Of a DNA stretch of 28,506 nucleotides, positions 15,574 through 24,996 are shown piece after piece. Under the pieces are notes generated by a model, which ran no database searches, had not been told where the DNA came from, and saw nothing but the letters and a program-made list of their open reading frames with translations. Numbering within the stretch: the stretch's first letter is position 1; each line of letters begins with the position of its first letter. Where the stretch lies: IMG/VR virus record IMGVR_UViG_3300029823_000010, positions 1 to 28,506 of that record. One strand, given 5' to 3'. The stretch comes from a virus. Taxonomy: Duplodnaviria; Caudoviricetes. The translations under genes and the position numbers were made by a program.

Positions 15574-16650
15574 ATGAATTTAACTGACCTTTTTTCGCCA
15601 CAAGCCGTTTCCGTGGCGTTCACAGAAAACCCGAGCAATAAACAGCCTTTTTTTGGCGCAGGACTTTTCCCTGAGCGTAAGAAAGCAGGGCTTGACCTTT
15701 CATGGATTAAAGGCACACATGGACTCCCAATTTCCTTGAAGCCCTCCAACTTTGATGCAAAAGCAACATTCCGCGATAGAGTCGGTGTTTCAAAGATTGA
15801 ATCCGAAATGCCATTCTTCCGTGAAGGCTACCACATCAATGAAAATGACCGGCAGGAAATCCTTAAGGCACAGGACTCTGGCAGCCCGTTTGTGCAGACC
15901 GTCCTCGACAACATCTACAACGATGTCAATGGCCTTGTCACAGGTGCTTATGTTGTACCTGAGCGCATGAGAATGCAACTTCTTGCTCCAGATTCCGGCA
16001 ATGTCGGTATTCATATCTCGGCTAACGGTGTGGATTACTCATACAACTATGACCCTGACGGCAGCTGGAAAGCATCTAACTATGTGCCTATTGCGGATGC
16101 AACAAAAAAGTGGAATGTTTCAGATACAGCGACACCAATTACAGACATCGAAGCTGTTCAGGATACTATTGAAGATGCTACAGGTTCACGCCCCAACACT
16201 GCAATTATGAGCCGTGCAACATTCAATATGCTTATGGCCTCTAAGCAGGTTCACGATGCTGTACTTGCGCGCAACCCAACAGCAAACGTCTTTATTACTC
16301 CGAGTATTGTTAAGCAGGCTTTTGCACAGATTCTCGGTGTTGACATTGTTGTTTACACTAAAAAGTTCCGTGACGAAAGTAAGGCCATTCATGCGTACTA
16401 TCCAGACAATTATGTCACGCTGTTTGATAGCGAAGTAACCCTTGGCAGTACATATTACGGCACAACGCCAGAAGAAGCAGACCTTATGGGCAAATCCACG
16501 CCGCAGGCAAGGACTTCTGTAGTCGGCACCGGCGTTGCAATAACGCAGATTTTAGAGCCGCACCCAGTGAATCTCGAAACGATTGTATCTGAAATTGTGC
16601 TTCCGTCTTACGAAGGCATGAATACGGTCGGCGTGTTGAAGGTGGCTTAA
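15574..16650 (+). CDS. Major capsid protein (lambda gpE-like family)
   Basis: 358 aa; LFPERK..GL.L.WIKG, SNFDAKA..R.R, MPFFRE, G.TYYGTTPEEADL. Confidence 0.9.
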   Translation: MNLTDLFSPQAVSVAFTENPSNKQPFFGAGLFPERKKAGLDLSWIKGTHGLPISLKPSNFDAKATFRDRVGVSKIESEMPFFREGYHINENDRQEILKAQDSGSPFVQTVLDNIYNDVNGLVTGAYVVPERMRMQLLAPDSGNVGIHISANGVDYSYNYDPDGSWKASNYVPIADATKKWNVSDTATPITDIEAVQDTIEDATGSRPNTAIMSRATFNMLMASKQVHDAVLARNPTANVFITPSIVKQAFAQILGVDIVVYTKKFRDESKAIHAYYPDNYVTLFDSEVTLGSTYYGTTPEEADLMGKSTPQARTSVVGTGVAITQILEPHPVNLETIVSEIVLPSYEGMNTVGVLKVA

Positions 16651-16652
16651 CC

Positions 16653-16847
16653 ATGGCAAAAGTTGTATTTCCATATCACGTACTTTACGGTGGCCTTTTA
16701 AGGCCGCCTCTAAAGCCTTTTGACGTACCAGACGCCGAAGCAAGTAAATTAGCCCAGCAAGGGGCAAAAGTCGCTTATACGGCATCACAGGCAAAGCCAA
16801 GGGCATCTAACACTTCTAATGCTAAAGCAACACAAAAGAAGAGGTAA
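16653..16847 (+). CDS. Small hypothetical virion-associated protein
   Basis: Tightly packed ORF between the capsid and connector genes. Confidence 0.65.
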   Translation: MAKVVFPYHVLYGGLLRPPLKPFDVPDAEASKLAQQGAKVAYTASQAKPRASNTSNAKATQKKR

Positions 16848-16850
16848 CTT

Positions 16851-17165
16851 ATGGCAGACTTTTCTCAGCTTGAAAAACTTAAGATATGGCTTGACATTCA
16901 AAACCCAGAGCAGGACGCAAAGCTCCAAATGCTCCTTGATATGGCCGAATCCACTATAAAGGAACGTCGCGGATTGCCAGATGAGCCGATGGAATCGCGC
17001 TGGAAAATGAAACAGATTGAGATTGCCACTTATTTGTACAACAAGCAAGGGGCAGAGGGAGAAACAAAGCACAACGAAAACGGTGTAGACCGCACATACG
17101 AAAGCGCATCTATTCCAGAAAGTATGCTCTCTGATATTTCTCCAGTAGTTCAGGTGGTATCATGA
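16851..17165 (+). CDS. Head-tail connector/adaptor (SPP1 gp15-like)
   Basis: LEKLK..L......D..L..LL..A; YNKQGAEGE..HNENGVDRTYES. Confidence 0.85.
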   Translation: MADFSQLEKLKIWLDIQNPEQDAKLQMLLDMAESTIKERRGLPDEPMESRWKMKQIEIATYLYNKQGAEGETKHNENGVDRTYESASIPESMLSDISPVVQVVS

Positions 17166-17569
17166 GAAGCCTCAGCAGAGAAAAGCGTACAGTGTACGTT
17201 TCACAGCCTTTGCCTCAACAGGAAATTAAAGATGCTGACGGCAACGATACTGGCGTCATGGAAAACGTTTGGGACGAACCAGCTCAGCTCTCCATAAATG
17301 TTAAACCAATCACCAACAAACTGGAACGTCAAGCGTTCGGCACAGATGTTAATAGCATATTAAAAGCCGAATGTACTCAATTCGACGTTGGCGGATATGA
17401 ATTCGTTGAAAACTCTATTGCGTGGATTGGCACTGAGCCAAATGGTGTTCTTTCTGATAGTGACGTTTCAAAGCCAATGAATTATAACTACACGGTTGAA
17501 CAAGTGCTCGATACGGGCAGCCAGATTGCCGTGTATTTCAAAAAGGCATCTGGGGCTGGTAAGGCATGA
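17162..17569 (+). CDS. Head closure/stopper protein
   Basis: Position and size; MRSL.R.K..VY, D.DGN.TG. Confidence 0.65.
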   Translation: MRSLSREKRTVYVSQPLPQQEIKDADGNDTGVMENVWDEPAQLSINVKPITNKLERQAFGTDVNSILKAECTQFDVGGYEFVENSIAWIGTEPNGVLSDSDVSKPMNYNYTVEQVLDTGSQIAVYFKKASGAGKA

Positions 17570-18051
17570 GCGAAAAAATCTCTATCAATATATTCAGCCC
17601 ATCATCTATTCAGAATGCAAAAGAGCTATTGACGAAGAAAGCCGACAAGGTCGATGGTGGGGCAAGGCGAGCAGTTGAAGAGCTCACAAAGATGGGCTAT
17701 GAGTACATGATGTCCATAGTTCCAAAGGCGTCTGGGGAGCTTGCAGATTCTATCTCATGGGAATATGACGTGCAGGCAAATACCGGCAGAATCCATGTGG
17801 GAGCTGACTATGCAATCTTTGTTGAATATGGAACCGGCATAGTTGGTGCGAATAATCCACACCCTGAGCCAGCGCCCGGCTGGGAATATGACAGCCATGG
17901 CCATGGTACAAAGGGTTGGGTATATGTTGGCAAAGACGGTAAAACGCATTGGACGGCTGGTGAACCTGCACGGCCATTTGTTTATAGCACGCGAGAATTT
18001 ATGCGGCAGCACGCGGGAGAAACGTTGAAAGTGAGTATGAGAAATGCTTGA
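17566..18051 (+). CDS. Neck protein, HK97 gp10-like
   Basis: VP..SGEL..SI, YAIFVEYGTG, T.G.PARPF. Confidence 0.85.
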   Translation: MSEKISINIFSPSSIQNAKELLTKKADKVDGGARRAVEELTKMGYEYMMSIVPKASGELADSISWEYDVQANTGRIHVGADYAIFVEYGTGIVGANNPHPEPAPGWEYDSHGHGTKGWVYVGKDGKTHWTAGEPARPFVYSTREFMRQHAGETLKVSMRNA

Positions 18052-18439
18052 CTTGACAAATTCAATCTACACAAAAATTAAGAGTGCTGTAAAAGCAGTT
18101 TATCCAAATGCCATTGTCGAAAAGACATATCAGGCAACAAGCACAAAATTTCCTTATGTTACAATTACTGACATTGACAATCCGGAAATTGGCAGAAACC
18201 TTAGTGGCACAGGCAAGCAATCCAGCCCATCATGGCAGATTGATGTTTATGCCAGCGGGAGTACTGGAGAGATTGTCGCAAAGGAAATCCGCGACGCGAT
18301 AATCCCGGTTATGGAAGATTTGTTCTTTTGCAACCGAGACACATCAAGGCCAACAGTAAACGCAGCAGACACGACAATCTATCGCTGGACACTTAGATAT
18401 TCATGCAAGGTTGACGAAGATACCGAGTGCATTTACTAA
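18044..18439 (+). CDS. Tail terminator/completion protein
   Basis: FPYVTI...DN, WQIDVY, IYRW..RY; sits just before the major tail gene. Confidence 0.75.
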   Translation: MLDLTNSIYTKIKSAVKAVYPNAIVEKTYQATSTKFPYVTITDIDNPEIGRNLSGTGKQSSPSWQIDVYASGSTGEIVAKEIRDAIIPVMEDLFFCNRDTSRPTVNAADTTIYRWTLRYSCKVDEDTECIY

Positions 18440-18459
18440 TAAGCACTTTAAAAGTCCAT

Positions 18460-18516
18460 AGAGCGCCTCCGAGCGCCACATAAACATTGTTTATTTTGCG
18501 ACGGGGGGAACACTTT
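18460..18516 (+). promoter_or_regulatory. Tandem heptamer site 5 in the major-tail-protein leader
   Basis: AGAGCGCC-tcc-GAGCGCC; CCTCCG pairs with the SD region CGGGGG (18502-18507) through a long interrupted hairpin. Confidence 0.75.
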
Positions 18517-18963
18517 ATGGCAGCTATAACTCCGAGAGCTATTTCAGACTATAAAACCTATTTATACGTCGAAGGCACAACCGCAGGGAAATACCACAAG
18601 ATAGTCGATATTATTTCCGCACCAGCAACAGGCTCAACTCCAAAAAGCATTGACGTAACAACTCTTTCGGATTCACAGAGCGTTGGTATACCGGATAGGC
18701 CACAAACGCCTTCACTCGAATTTGAGTATAACTACACGAAAGAAAACTTTGCGGCTGTTGAGGCCGCAGTAAGCCTGACTGATGACAAAAACTACCTGAT
18801 TATTTTTCAGGACGACACAGGGTGGCAATTCACGGCACGTGGTGCTACATACACAGACGCCGTTTCAAAAGGCAAGCAGATTACTGCAAAGCTTGGCCTT
18901 GTAACTTCCACTGTGCCTGAGCATATTGACGATGTAACGTCTATGCTTGAGACCACTGCTTAA
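18517..18963 (+). CDS. Major tail (tube) protein
   Basis: P.TG.TPKSIDVTTLSD, LEF.YNY; likely start ATG 18517. Confidence 0.85.
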   Translation: MAAITPRAISDYKTYLYVEGTTAGKYHKIVDIISAPATGSTPKSIDVTTLSDSQSVGIPDRPQTPSLEFEYNYTKENFAAVEAAVSLTDDKNYLIIFQDDTGWQFTARGATYTDAVSKGKQITAKLGLVTSTVPEHIDDVTSMLETTA

Positions 18964-18985
18964 ACCGTTTAATAAGTTGTTAATC

Positions 18986-19025
18986 ATTAGCCGCTTGTCA
19001 TAAATAGGCAAACGGCTAATCTTTT
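18986..19025 (+). terminator. Hairpin / possible weak terminator after the major tail gene
   Basis: ATTAGCCGCTTGTC...GGCAAACGGCTAAT then CTTTT. Confidence 0.5.
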
Positions 19026-19049
19026 AAAATTTGGAATGGAGGGGCTAAA

Positions 19050-19226
19050 ATGCCAGATTTATGTATTAAGTCAGACGGTGTACTTACCCATATTGTCTTA
19101 GACGGCAAAGAAATACAAGGTGTCCAGTCATGCTCTTTTGAACATAATTTGAACGAGGCAGCATTTCTAAATCTAAAGTTTTGTGTTCCGGGAATGAAAT
19201 TTAATGATATGCAGGAGGATAAATAA
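19050..19226 (+). CDS. Small hypothetical protein (58 aa)
   Basis: MPDLCIKSDGVLTHIVLDGKEIQGV...; GGAGG SD; below the ORF-track cutoff. Confidence 0.65.
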   Translation: MPDLCIKSDGVLTHIVLDGKEIQGVQSCSFEHNLNEAAFLNLKFCVPGMKFNDMQEDK

Positions 19227-19227
19227 T

Positions 19228-19572
19228 ATGGCAGCTTTTGATGTTTCAGTAAATGGGAAAATTTACAAGATGTTCTATAACCGCGATTCTATTCGTCAAT
19301 TTGAGGAAATCGGCGGAAGCATTACCGACATGAAAGAAAAATTATTTAGCACTACAGACCGGCTCTTTTATGTAGGCCTGCGTAAATTTCACAGGAATAT
19401 TAGCTTCATGGAAGCGCAGCAAATTTCAGACAAGGCTATTGAAGAATATGGAATTGACAACGTATATAGTGCTCTTGTGGACAAATTTATGGAGGTTTTT
19501 ACGTTGGGCGCGGACAATGCTACAACGATGAAGAGCTTTATCGTGAGCAAAGCGCCGAAAGCGTCAGCGTAA
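19228..19572 (+). CDS. Tail assembly chaperone (gpG-like)
   Basis: AGGAGG SD; position between the tail tube and tape measure genes. Confidence 0.8.
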   Translation: MAAFDVSVNGKIYKMFYNRDSIRQFEEIGGSITDMKEKLFSTTDRLFYVGLRKFHRNISFMEAQQISDKAIEEYGIDNVYSALVDKFMEVFTLGADNATTMKSFIVSKAPKASA

Positions 19573-19988
19573 TAAATAAAGGCCAGCGTTTAAATTCTTT
19601 TTCAGAATACTTAGAAACTAAAATGTTTCCCGACGCTATCTTGTGCGGGTGTCCGTATGATGTGTTCTGGTATCATGACCCACGGGAATTTTGGAGCTAT
19701 GTAAACGCTTTTCAAAGCAAGCAAAAAGTTGAAGCAAAACAGAAAAATGCCTTTGCATGGTTGCAGGGCGAATACATAGCAAAAGCTATCGGTGCTGTGC
19801 TTCCTAATGGTGACGCTTATCCAAAGCGTCCATATTCGTTTAAAGACGATAAGCAGGAAAGTATACCAGATAACGCAGAAAACGCAGCAGAGGACACTAC
19901 AGACACCAACAGGGATATGATTGATGCACAACTCATTCGTGCCGGCTCAATCATCAAAGAGAAGAAAGGCAATGCTAAAAACAATTAG
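19494..19988 (+). CDS. gpGT-like -1 frameshift extension of the tail chaperone
   Basis: The -1 frame is open from the slippery G_GTT_TTT (19494-19500) through the ORF 19623-19988, which has no SD of its own. Confidence 0.7.
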   Translation, partial: GFYVGRGQCYNDEELYREQSAESVSVINKGQRLNSFSEYLETKMFPDAILCGCPYDVFWYHDPREFWSYVNAFQSKQKVEAKQKNAFAWLQGEYIAKAIGAVLPNGDAYPKRPYSFKDDKQESIPDNAENAAEDTTDTNRDMIDAQLIRAGSIIKEKKGNAKNN

Positions 19989-20037
19989 AGCTTCTTTGAA
20001 GGCCATGCTGAAAATAACAGCTTGGCCTTTTATTTTT
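19987..20037 (+). terminator. Terminator with a degenerate tandem heptamer (site 6) before the tape measure gene
   Basis: AGAGCTTC-ttt-GAAGGCC; AAGGCCA(T)GCTG/CAGC(T)TGGCCTT stem then TTATTTTT. Confidence 0.6.
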
Positions 20038-20056
20038 CATTACGGGAGGGACAAAA

Positions 20057-23000
20057 ATGGCAGATGGAGATGACCTCACCATTGAAGTTGCAGCTTCGAC
20101 CGAACAAGCCGATTCTGCAATTCAAAGGATTTTAAAGACAATAGATGAATTGGGGGAACACATCAATAGGCTGGTGCCCTCCCTCGCAAAATTTTCTGAA
20201 AAGATGGATTCCATTGCTTCCGGTCCAAAGGCATTTTCTACCCTTGACAAGCTTTCTAAAAGCACTGACAATGTGGCAGCCTCCAGCAAAAAGGCGGAAG
20301 CAAATGAAGCCATGTATCAAGCGCGTTTAGACCGTGCAAATGTATCCATGGAGCGCTCAAGCCAGCAAATCGATAAATTAGCAGCAGCAAAAGAAAAGTT
20401 GGCAAGTATCGATGAATCGCAAGCAAAAAACAATGCTGCTTTTTCTATGCCACCAGAAGAATTTCAAAGGAAATATGGCTTTAACGCAAGCGCTTCAGCC
20501 ATGGGTAATGAGGCATATACGGCTCCTACACCCGTAAATTCGCCAACCGTAGACTACAACCCTGCAAAAATTGAAGCAGCAATGGACGCAGCCACAGCGC
20601 AGATTGAGGGCAAGCACCCGAAAGTCAACCTTGACACTAATATGGCGACACAACAGATTCGCCAAATTAGCGCATACATAGACAACCTTACTCCGCAGAT
20701 TTCCGGTATGTCGGCAGAAGCACAAGAAAAGTTTAATGCAATAGCTACATCTCTATATACTGTCAGCCAGCAACTGGACAATCAGCGCATGATTTATCAT
20801 AATCTTGCAGCGGAGACTGAAAAGGTTGGGCAGAAACAGGGAACAGGCAGCGACGCTTATCTCATGCTTGAAAAAAAGATGCTTTCTGCCGCATCGGCTA
20901 CAGATACACTTTCTGCAAAGCAGGAAAAGTTAAAAGAAGAGCTCAATGACGTTGCATCTGCTTCTAAAGAAGCCGGAGACGCAGAAGAAAAAAGTGCCAG
21001 CCATGCTTCCAGAGGGTGGGGCAACTTGCTTCGAATGTCTGAAAATATGCTCGCCCGTATTTCAATGTTCAGACTGTTTAGTGCCGCCACACAAGGCATT
21101 GCAACGGGTATTCAGGACATGGCACTTGCAAGCAGTCAAGCCAACAGTACAATGTCTGCTTTGTCGGCAGATTCACTTTATCTCAAGAATAGCTTGGGCG
21201 CAGCCCTTATGCCTACGTTACAAGCACTTGTACCCACTATAAACCAAGTATCAGATGCTTTAGCAGACGTATTTAACACTATCGGAATGCTGACTGCTCG
21301 CATTTTCAACCATGCTTCATCTGTACAGATTGCTAAACGCTCATATGTGGACTATGCAAAAACAATCAATCAAAGTGGGAATGACTCTTCACAAGTTGCG
21401 TCGAAAGAAGCAGCAGCGCAAGAAAAGGCCATCAAAAAAGCAGCAGCAGCTCAAGAAGCCGCTACCAAAAAGCAGGCAGCTCAAGAAGAAAAAATTGAAG
21501 AAGCAGAAGAAAACGCGCAAAAAAAACAGGCAGCAGCCGAAGAGCGTGTACAGCAAGCAATTAAAAAGCACCAGCAGAAAATTGACGCTATGAAAAAAAG
21601 CATCATGGGCTTTGATGAGCTGAATACACTTACTGCAAAAGTAACAGATACATGGACGGCTCCAAAGGTGCCGGACTATATGTCTAAACTGCCAAAAGCT
21701 AAGAACTATATGGCCAACATACCTTCCGCCGCATCATACAATACCGCAGCAACTCCGGCATGGAATGGCAAGCAAAGCCCAAAGGAAATGTTTAAAACGG
21801 TAAAAGTGCCAGAATGGATTAATAAAATTGGAAAAGTCACAGACAAAATTTCTGCTTTTATTAAGACAAACCTTGAAAGAATCAAAAGGCTCTTGCGTGC
21901 CGCTCCGTTAGTAATAGGTGCAATCCTTGCATTTTCCGGAGCTAATGTTCCTCTTGGCATCGGGCTTATGGCGTTTGGCGCTATTGGTATGGCAAAGCAG
22001 ATAAAAGAGGACTGGGACTATTTAAACGACAAAACAAAAAGCAGCCTTGACAAAACAAAGCAGTTGCTTGAGATAGTGGGCGCAACCGAAATTGCCATAG
22101 GCGCTATCATTGCGTTTTCAGGTGGCAATGTTCCTCTTGGTATTGCCCTTATGATTGGCGGAATTACCACAACTGCCGCTTCCATGAATTGGGGAGCTAT
22201 AACAGACAAAGTACGCACTGTTTTGACCACTATTACAGGGATTGTCGGCGGTGCATCTCTTGCAATCGGCGTTATGCTGGTATGCCTTGGAAGTTATGCA
22301 CTTGGCGTAGGGTTCATTATAGCAGGCGCGTTGGACATCGCCTCTGCCATAGCTCTTGACGCTACCGGTCCGACAAATCAGGTTTCCAACACTATCAATC
22401 TAATTACGGGTATTGCGTCCGGCGCTATGCTTGCTATCGGTACCATATTAGTGTGTTTGGGAATTATAACGCCTATGAGCATTGGCCTTATTGTTGCAGG
22501 TGCAGTTGGCCTTGCAGCATCGGTTTCCCTTGACTGGGGCGCCATTGGAAAAGATGTTGGAAAAATTCTGGACGACATTAAAAAGGCGTTTGGAGATGCT
22601 TGGGATTCAATAAAAAAGATTTGGAACGGCGCTCCAAAATGGTTCGGCGGTGTATGGGATGGCATTAAGAGCAAATTCAAGCCAAACCTGATTTCAGACG
22701 CCTTCAAAACAGCATGGAGCAAGATACAAGACGCTTGGAAGGGCGGCCCGGACTGGTTCAAAAACATAGGCAGAAACATTGCCAATAACGTTGTAGGCAA
22801 AGTCCTCGGAGCTGTAAACGGAGTAATCGGCGGAGTAAACTGGGTTCTCGGAGCAGTGGGGTCGAAAACGCGAATTAAGCCTCTTACAATTCCAAAGTAT
22901 GCCTATGGTGCTGGTGCTCATCCAGGAGGTGCAGCCATTGTCAATGATGCTCCAGGCTCAACATATCGCGAGCTTGTGCAGCTCCCTAACGGCAGGGCAT

Positions 23001-24022
23001 TCATTCCAAAAGGCAGGAATGTTCTTATTCCAAACCTGCCAAGAGGCTCAAAGGTGCTCCCTGCAAAAGAAACGCATACGCTATTTCCACATTACGCTGG
23101 AGGTATAGGCGCTTTCTTTGGAAATGCAATATCTTCTATCAAGGATTTTGGCACAACGATGTGGAAATACATCAGCGAACCGAAAAAGCTATTTCAACTC
23201 GCAGTAGACAAATTTGTGAATGCAATTCACATAAACGAGCCGTGGCTTTCACTCGGGAATTCTGCTGTGAAGTTTGTCACAAACCATGTGGCAGACGCGC
23301 TGAAAGGCATTTTTGCAAAATTCTCTCCACCTTCCGGAGTGGGGGGATACGGAGTTGATCGTTGGAGCGGGATAGCCACACAAGCGCTGCGCATGACTGG
23401 ACAATACTCATCCGCGAATCTAAGTCGTCTGCTCATGCAGATGCAGTCTGAATCTGGAGGCAACCCGTATAGCATCAACAAATGGGACAGCAACTGGGCC
23501 GCAGGCCATCCTTCCAAAGGGCTGATGCAGCTTATTGACAGCACGTTCCGCTCGTATGCCTATCCGGGCTACGGCAGCAATATTTACGACCCGCTTTCCA
23601 ACATTCTCGCGTCCATACGCTATACGGTTTCTCGGTACGGCTCTTTGGCCGCAGGGTGGCGCGGACACGGATACGAAAGCGGCATTGGCAAGATCGACTT
23701 TGCCGGGTGGAATGCTGATGGAGCACTGTTTACGAAACCCGCCCTTGCAGGAGTGGGAGAGGCCGGGCCGGAAGCTGTGCTTCCGCTCAACGATGGTGTA
23801 TTTTCACAGATCGCGCGTGGCATTCAAAAGAACGGCGGAGAAGATAGAGACATAGACATTCTGAACCGCATGGACAGTATTTCGGAGCAGCTCGAAAGGC
23901 TCGAAAAAGCAATTCTGGAGCGTCCGGTCAATCTTTATACGACCGATGAAAAGATTGCTGAATCTGCAAATAAAGGGAATAGACAACTTGGAAAACGCTA
24001 TCATAGAATTATCGTAGAATAA
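20057..24022 (+). CDS. Tape measure protein with C-terminal lytic transglycosylase (SLT) domain
   Basis: 1321 aa, Ala-rich helical; GFDELN; hydrophobic repeats; W-spaced repeats; ESGGNP..IN.WD.N...G.PSKGLMQ.I..TF. Confidence 0.93.
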   Translation: MADGDDLTIEVAASTEQADSAIQRILKTIDELGEHINRLVPSLAKFSEKMDSIASGPKAFSTLDKLSKSTDNVAASSKKAEANEAMYQARLDRANVSMERSSQQIDKLAAAKEKLASIDESQAKNNAAFSMPPEEFQRKYGFNASASAMGNEAYTAPTPVNSPTVDYNPAKIEAAMDAATAQIEGKHPKVNLDTNMATQQIRQISAYIDNLTPQISGMSAEAQEKFNAIATSLYTVSQQLDNQRMIYHNLAAETEKVGQKQGTGSDAYLMLEKKMLSAASATDTLSAKQEKLKEELNDVASASKEAGDAEEKSASHASRGWGNLLRMSENMLARISMFRLFSAATQGIATGIQDMALASSQANSTMSALSADSLYLKNSLGAALMPTLQALVPTINQVSDALADVFNTIGMLTARIFNHASSVQIAKRSYVDYAKTINQSGNDSSQVASKEAAAQEKAIKKAAAAQEAATKKQAAQEEKIEEAEENAQKKQAAAEERVQQAIKKHQQKIDAMKKSIMGFDELNTLTAKVTDTWTAPKVPDYMSKLPKAKNYMANIPSAASYNTAATPAWNGKQSPKEMFKTVKVPEWINKIGKVTDKISAFIKTNLERIKRLLRAAPLVIGAILAFSGANVPLGIGLMAFGAIGMAKQIKEDWDYLNDKTKSSLDKTKQLLEIVGATEIAIGAIIAFSGGNVPLGIALMIGGITTTAASMNWGAITDKVRTVLTTITGIVGGASLAIGVMLVCLGSYALGVGFIIAGALDIASAIALDATGPTNQVSNTINLITGIASGAMLAIGTILVCLGIITPMSIGLIVAGAVGLAASVSLDWGAIGKDVGKILDDIKKAFGDAWDSIKKIWNGAPKWFGGVWDGIKSKFKPNLISDAFKTAWSKIQDAWKGGPDWFKNIGRNIANNVVGKVLGAVNGVIGGVNWVLGAVGSKTRIKPLTIPKYAYGAGAHPGGAAIVNDAPGSTYRELVQLPNGRAFIPKGRNVLIPNLPRGSKVLPAKETHTLFPHYAGGIGAFFGNAISSIKDFGTTMWKYISEPKKLFQLAVDKFVNAIHINEPWLSLGNSAVKFVTNHVADALKGIFAKFSPPSGVGGYGVDRWSGIATQALRMTGQYSSANLSRLLMQMQSESGGNPYSINKWDSNWAAGHPSKGLMQLIDSTFRSYAYPGYGSNIYDPLSNILASIRYTVSRYGSLAAGWRGHGYESGIGKIDFAGWNADGALFTKPALAGVGEAGPEAVLPLNDGVFSQIARGIQKNGGEDRDIDILNRMDSISEQLERLEKAILERPVNLYTTDEKIAESANKGNRQLGKRYHRIIVE

Positions 24023-24061
24023 AAAAAGGCAGGCGGCTTAAAAACCGTCTGCTTTCTTTTT
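24021..24061. terminator. Bidirectional intrinsic terminator
   Basis: A7-GGCAGGCGG-loop-CCGTCTGCT-TTCTTTTT between convergent genes. Confidence 0.8.
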
Positions 24062-24067
24062 GCATTT

Positions 24068-24619
24068 TTATTTTGGCTTTACTTCATAGAAAGCAGACTT
24101 ATACGTAACAATTTTGCCTTCCGGCTTGTTCGTGCCATACTGGACTATTTCGACTTTATGCTTTCCGTTTGTCAAATTGTTTGCTTTTGCATATATGGAA
24201 CTATCTTCATCAGAAATTTGATTTTTGCTTATCAAATATCCATCAATATATTCATACGAAAGTTTTGAGCCATCAAAGCCTCTTGCAGAGGACCCAAGCC
24301 CATAACTGGTTGCCTCGTCTTTCCCAATATAGATAATTGGCACATTCCCGTTTTCAGAAGTGCCGGACGGAGTGGAAATTGAAAATGAACCTTTTCCACA
24401 ACTCTTATAGTCCTTTTCAGGTAAATCTCTTTTTGCGGTGGCAATGCTACTAATGGCGCTTGGAATGGCGCCGCTTGAAGCTTGTTCAGAGCTCATTGCT
24501 TCACTACCTTTAGACGAAGAGGAAAGCACACTCGATGCTTTTGCATTTGGGTTTTGCCCACAACCAGAAAAAGGCACGCAAAGCGCTATGGCCATTGCAA
24601 TAACTAATAATTTTTTCAT
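24068..24619 (-). CDS. Lipoprotein (moron; possible superinfection exclusion)
   Basis: MKKLLVIAMAIALCVPFSGC signal peptide II with lipobox, Ser-rich linker; GGAGG SD. Confidence 0.8.
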   Translation of the reverse strand: MKKLLVIAMAIALCVPFSGCGQNPNAKASSVLSSSSKGSEAMSSEQASSGAIPSAISSIATAKRDLPEKDYKSCGKGSFSISTPSGTSENGNVPIIYIGKDEATSYGLGSSARGFDGSKLSYEYIDGYLISKNQISDEDSSIYAKANNLTNGKHKVEIVQYGTNKPEGKIVTYKSAFYEVKPK

Positions 24620-24642
24620 AGTAAAATTCCTCCCACGTCGTA

Positions 24643-24670
24643 ATCTTAGCATATATTTCTCATATGTCAA
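24643..24670 (-). promoter_or_regulatory. sigmaA promoter for the lipoprotein gene
   Basis: TTGACA-16 bp-TAAGAT with TG extension. Confidence 0.6.
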
Positions 24671-24767
24671 TAGGCGGCAGCACTATTCTGCTGAAAAATT
24701 CTTACGGACAATTTCCCTTATTATATCACACCCGTATGAGATATACAAGTATTATTCTTAATGTGAA

Positions 24768-24817
24768 TTGTACATAGCAGCTATGCACTTGCATTTACAT
24801 TCAATTTGTGGTATAAT
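24768..24817 (+). promoter_or_regulatory. Conserved sigmaA-type promoter, copy 3
   Basis: TTGTAC-N15-TTGCATTTACATTCAATTTGTGGTATAAT. Confidence 0.85.
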
Positions 24818-24996
24818 ATAGGAGCTGGGAGGAACACCTCCCAAAGGTACAAAAAGGGCGCTATCCTTGCGCGGGAGAAAAGCGGTTGCCGCCGCAACTG
24901 CCGCGCCCTTTATTTTTTTATTCACGGCGGCATACCGGCATAGAAACTTGTTTGGGCAAGGACAACGTGCCAGAAAGATACGGCGGGGTCAAAAAT

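Noticed and set aside
21400-21600. Ala/Lys/Glu-rich repeats in the tape measure gene
   Set aside because: Ordinary low-complexity coiled-coil segment
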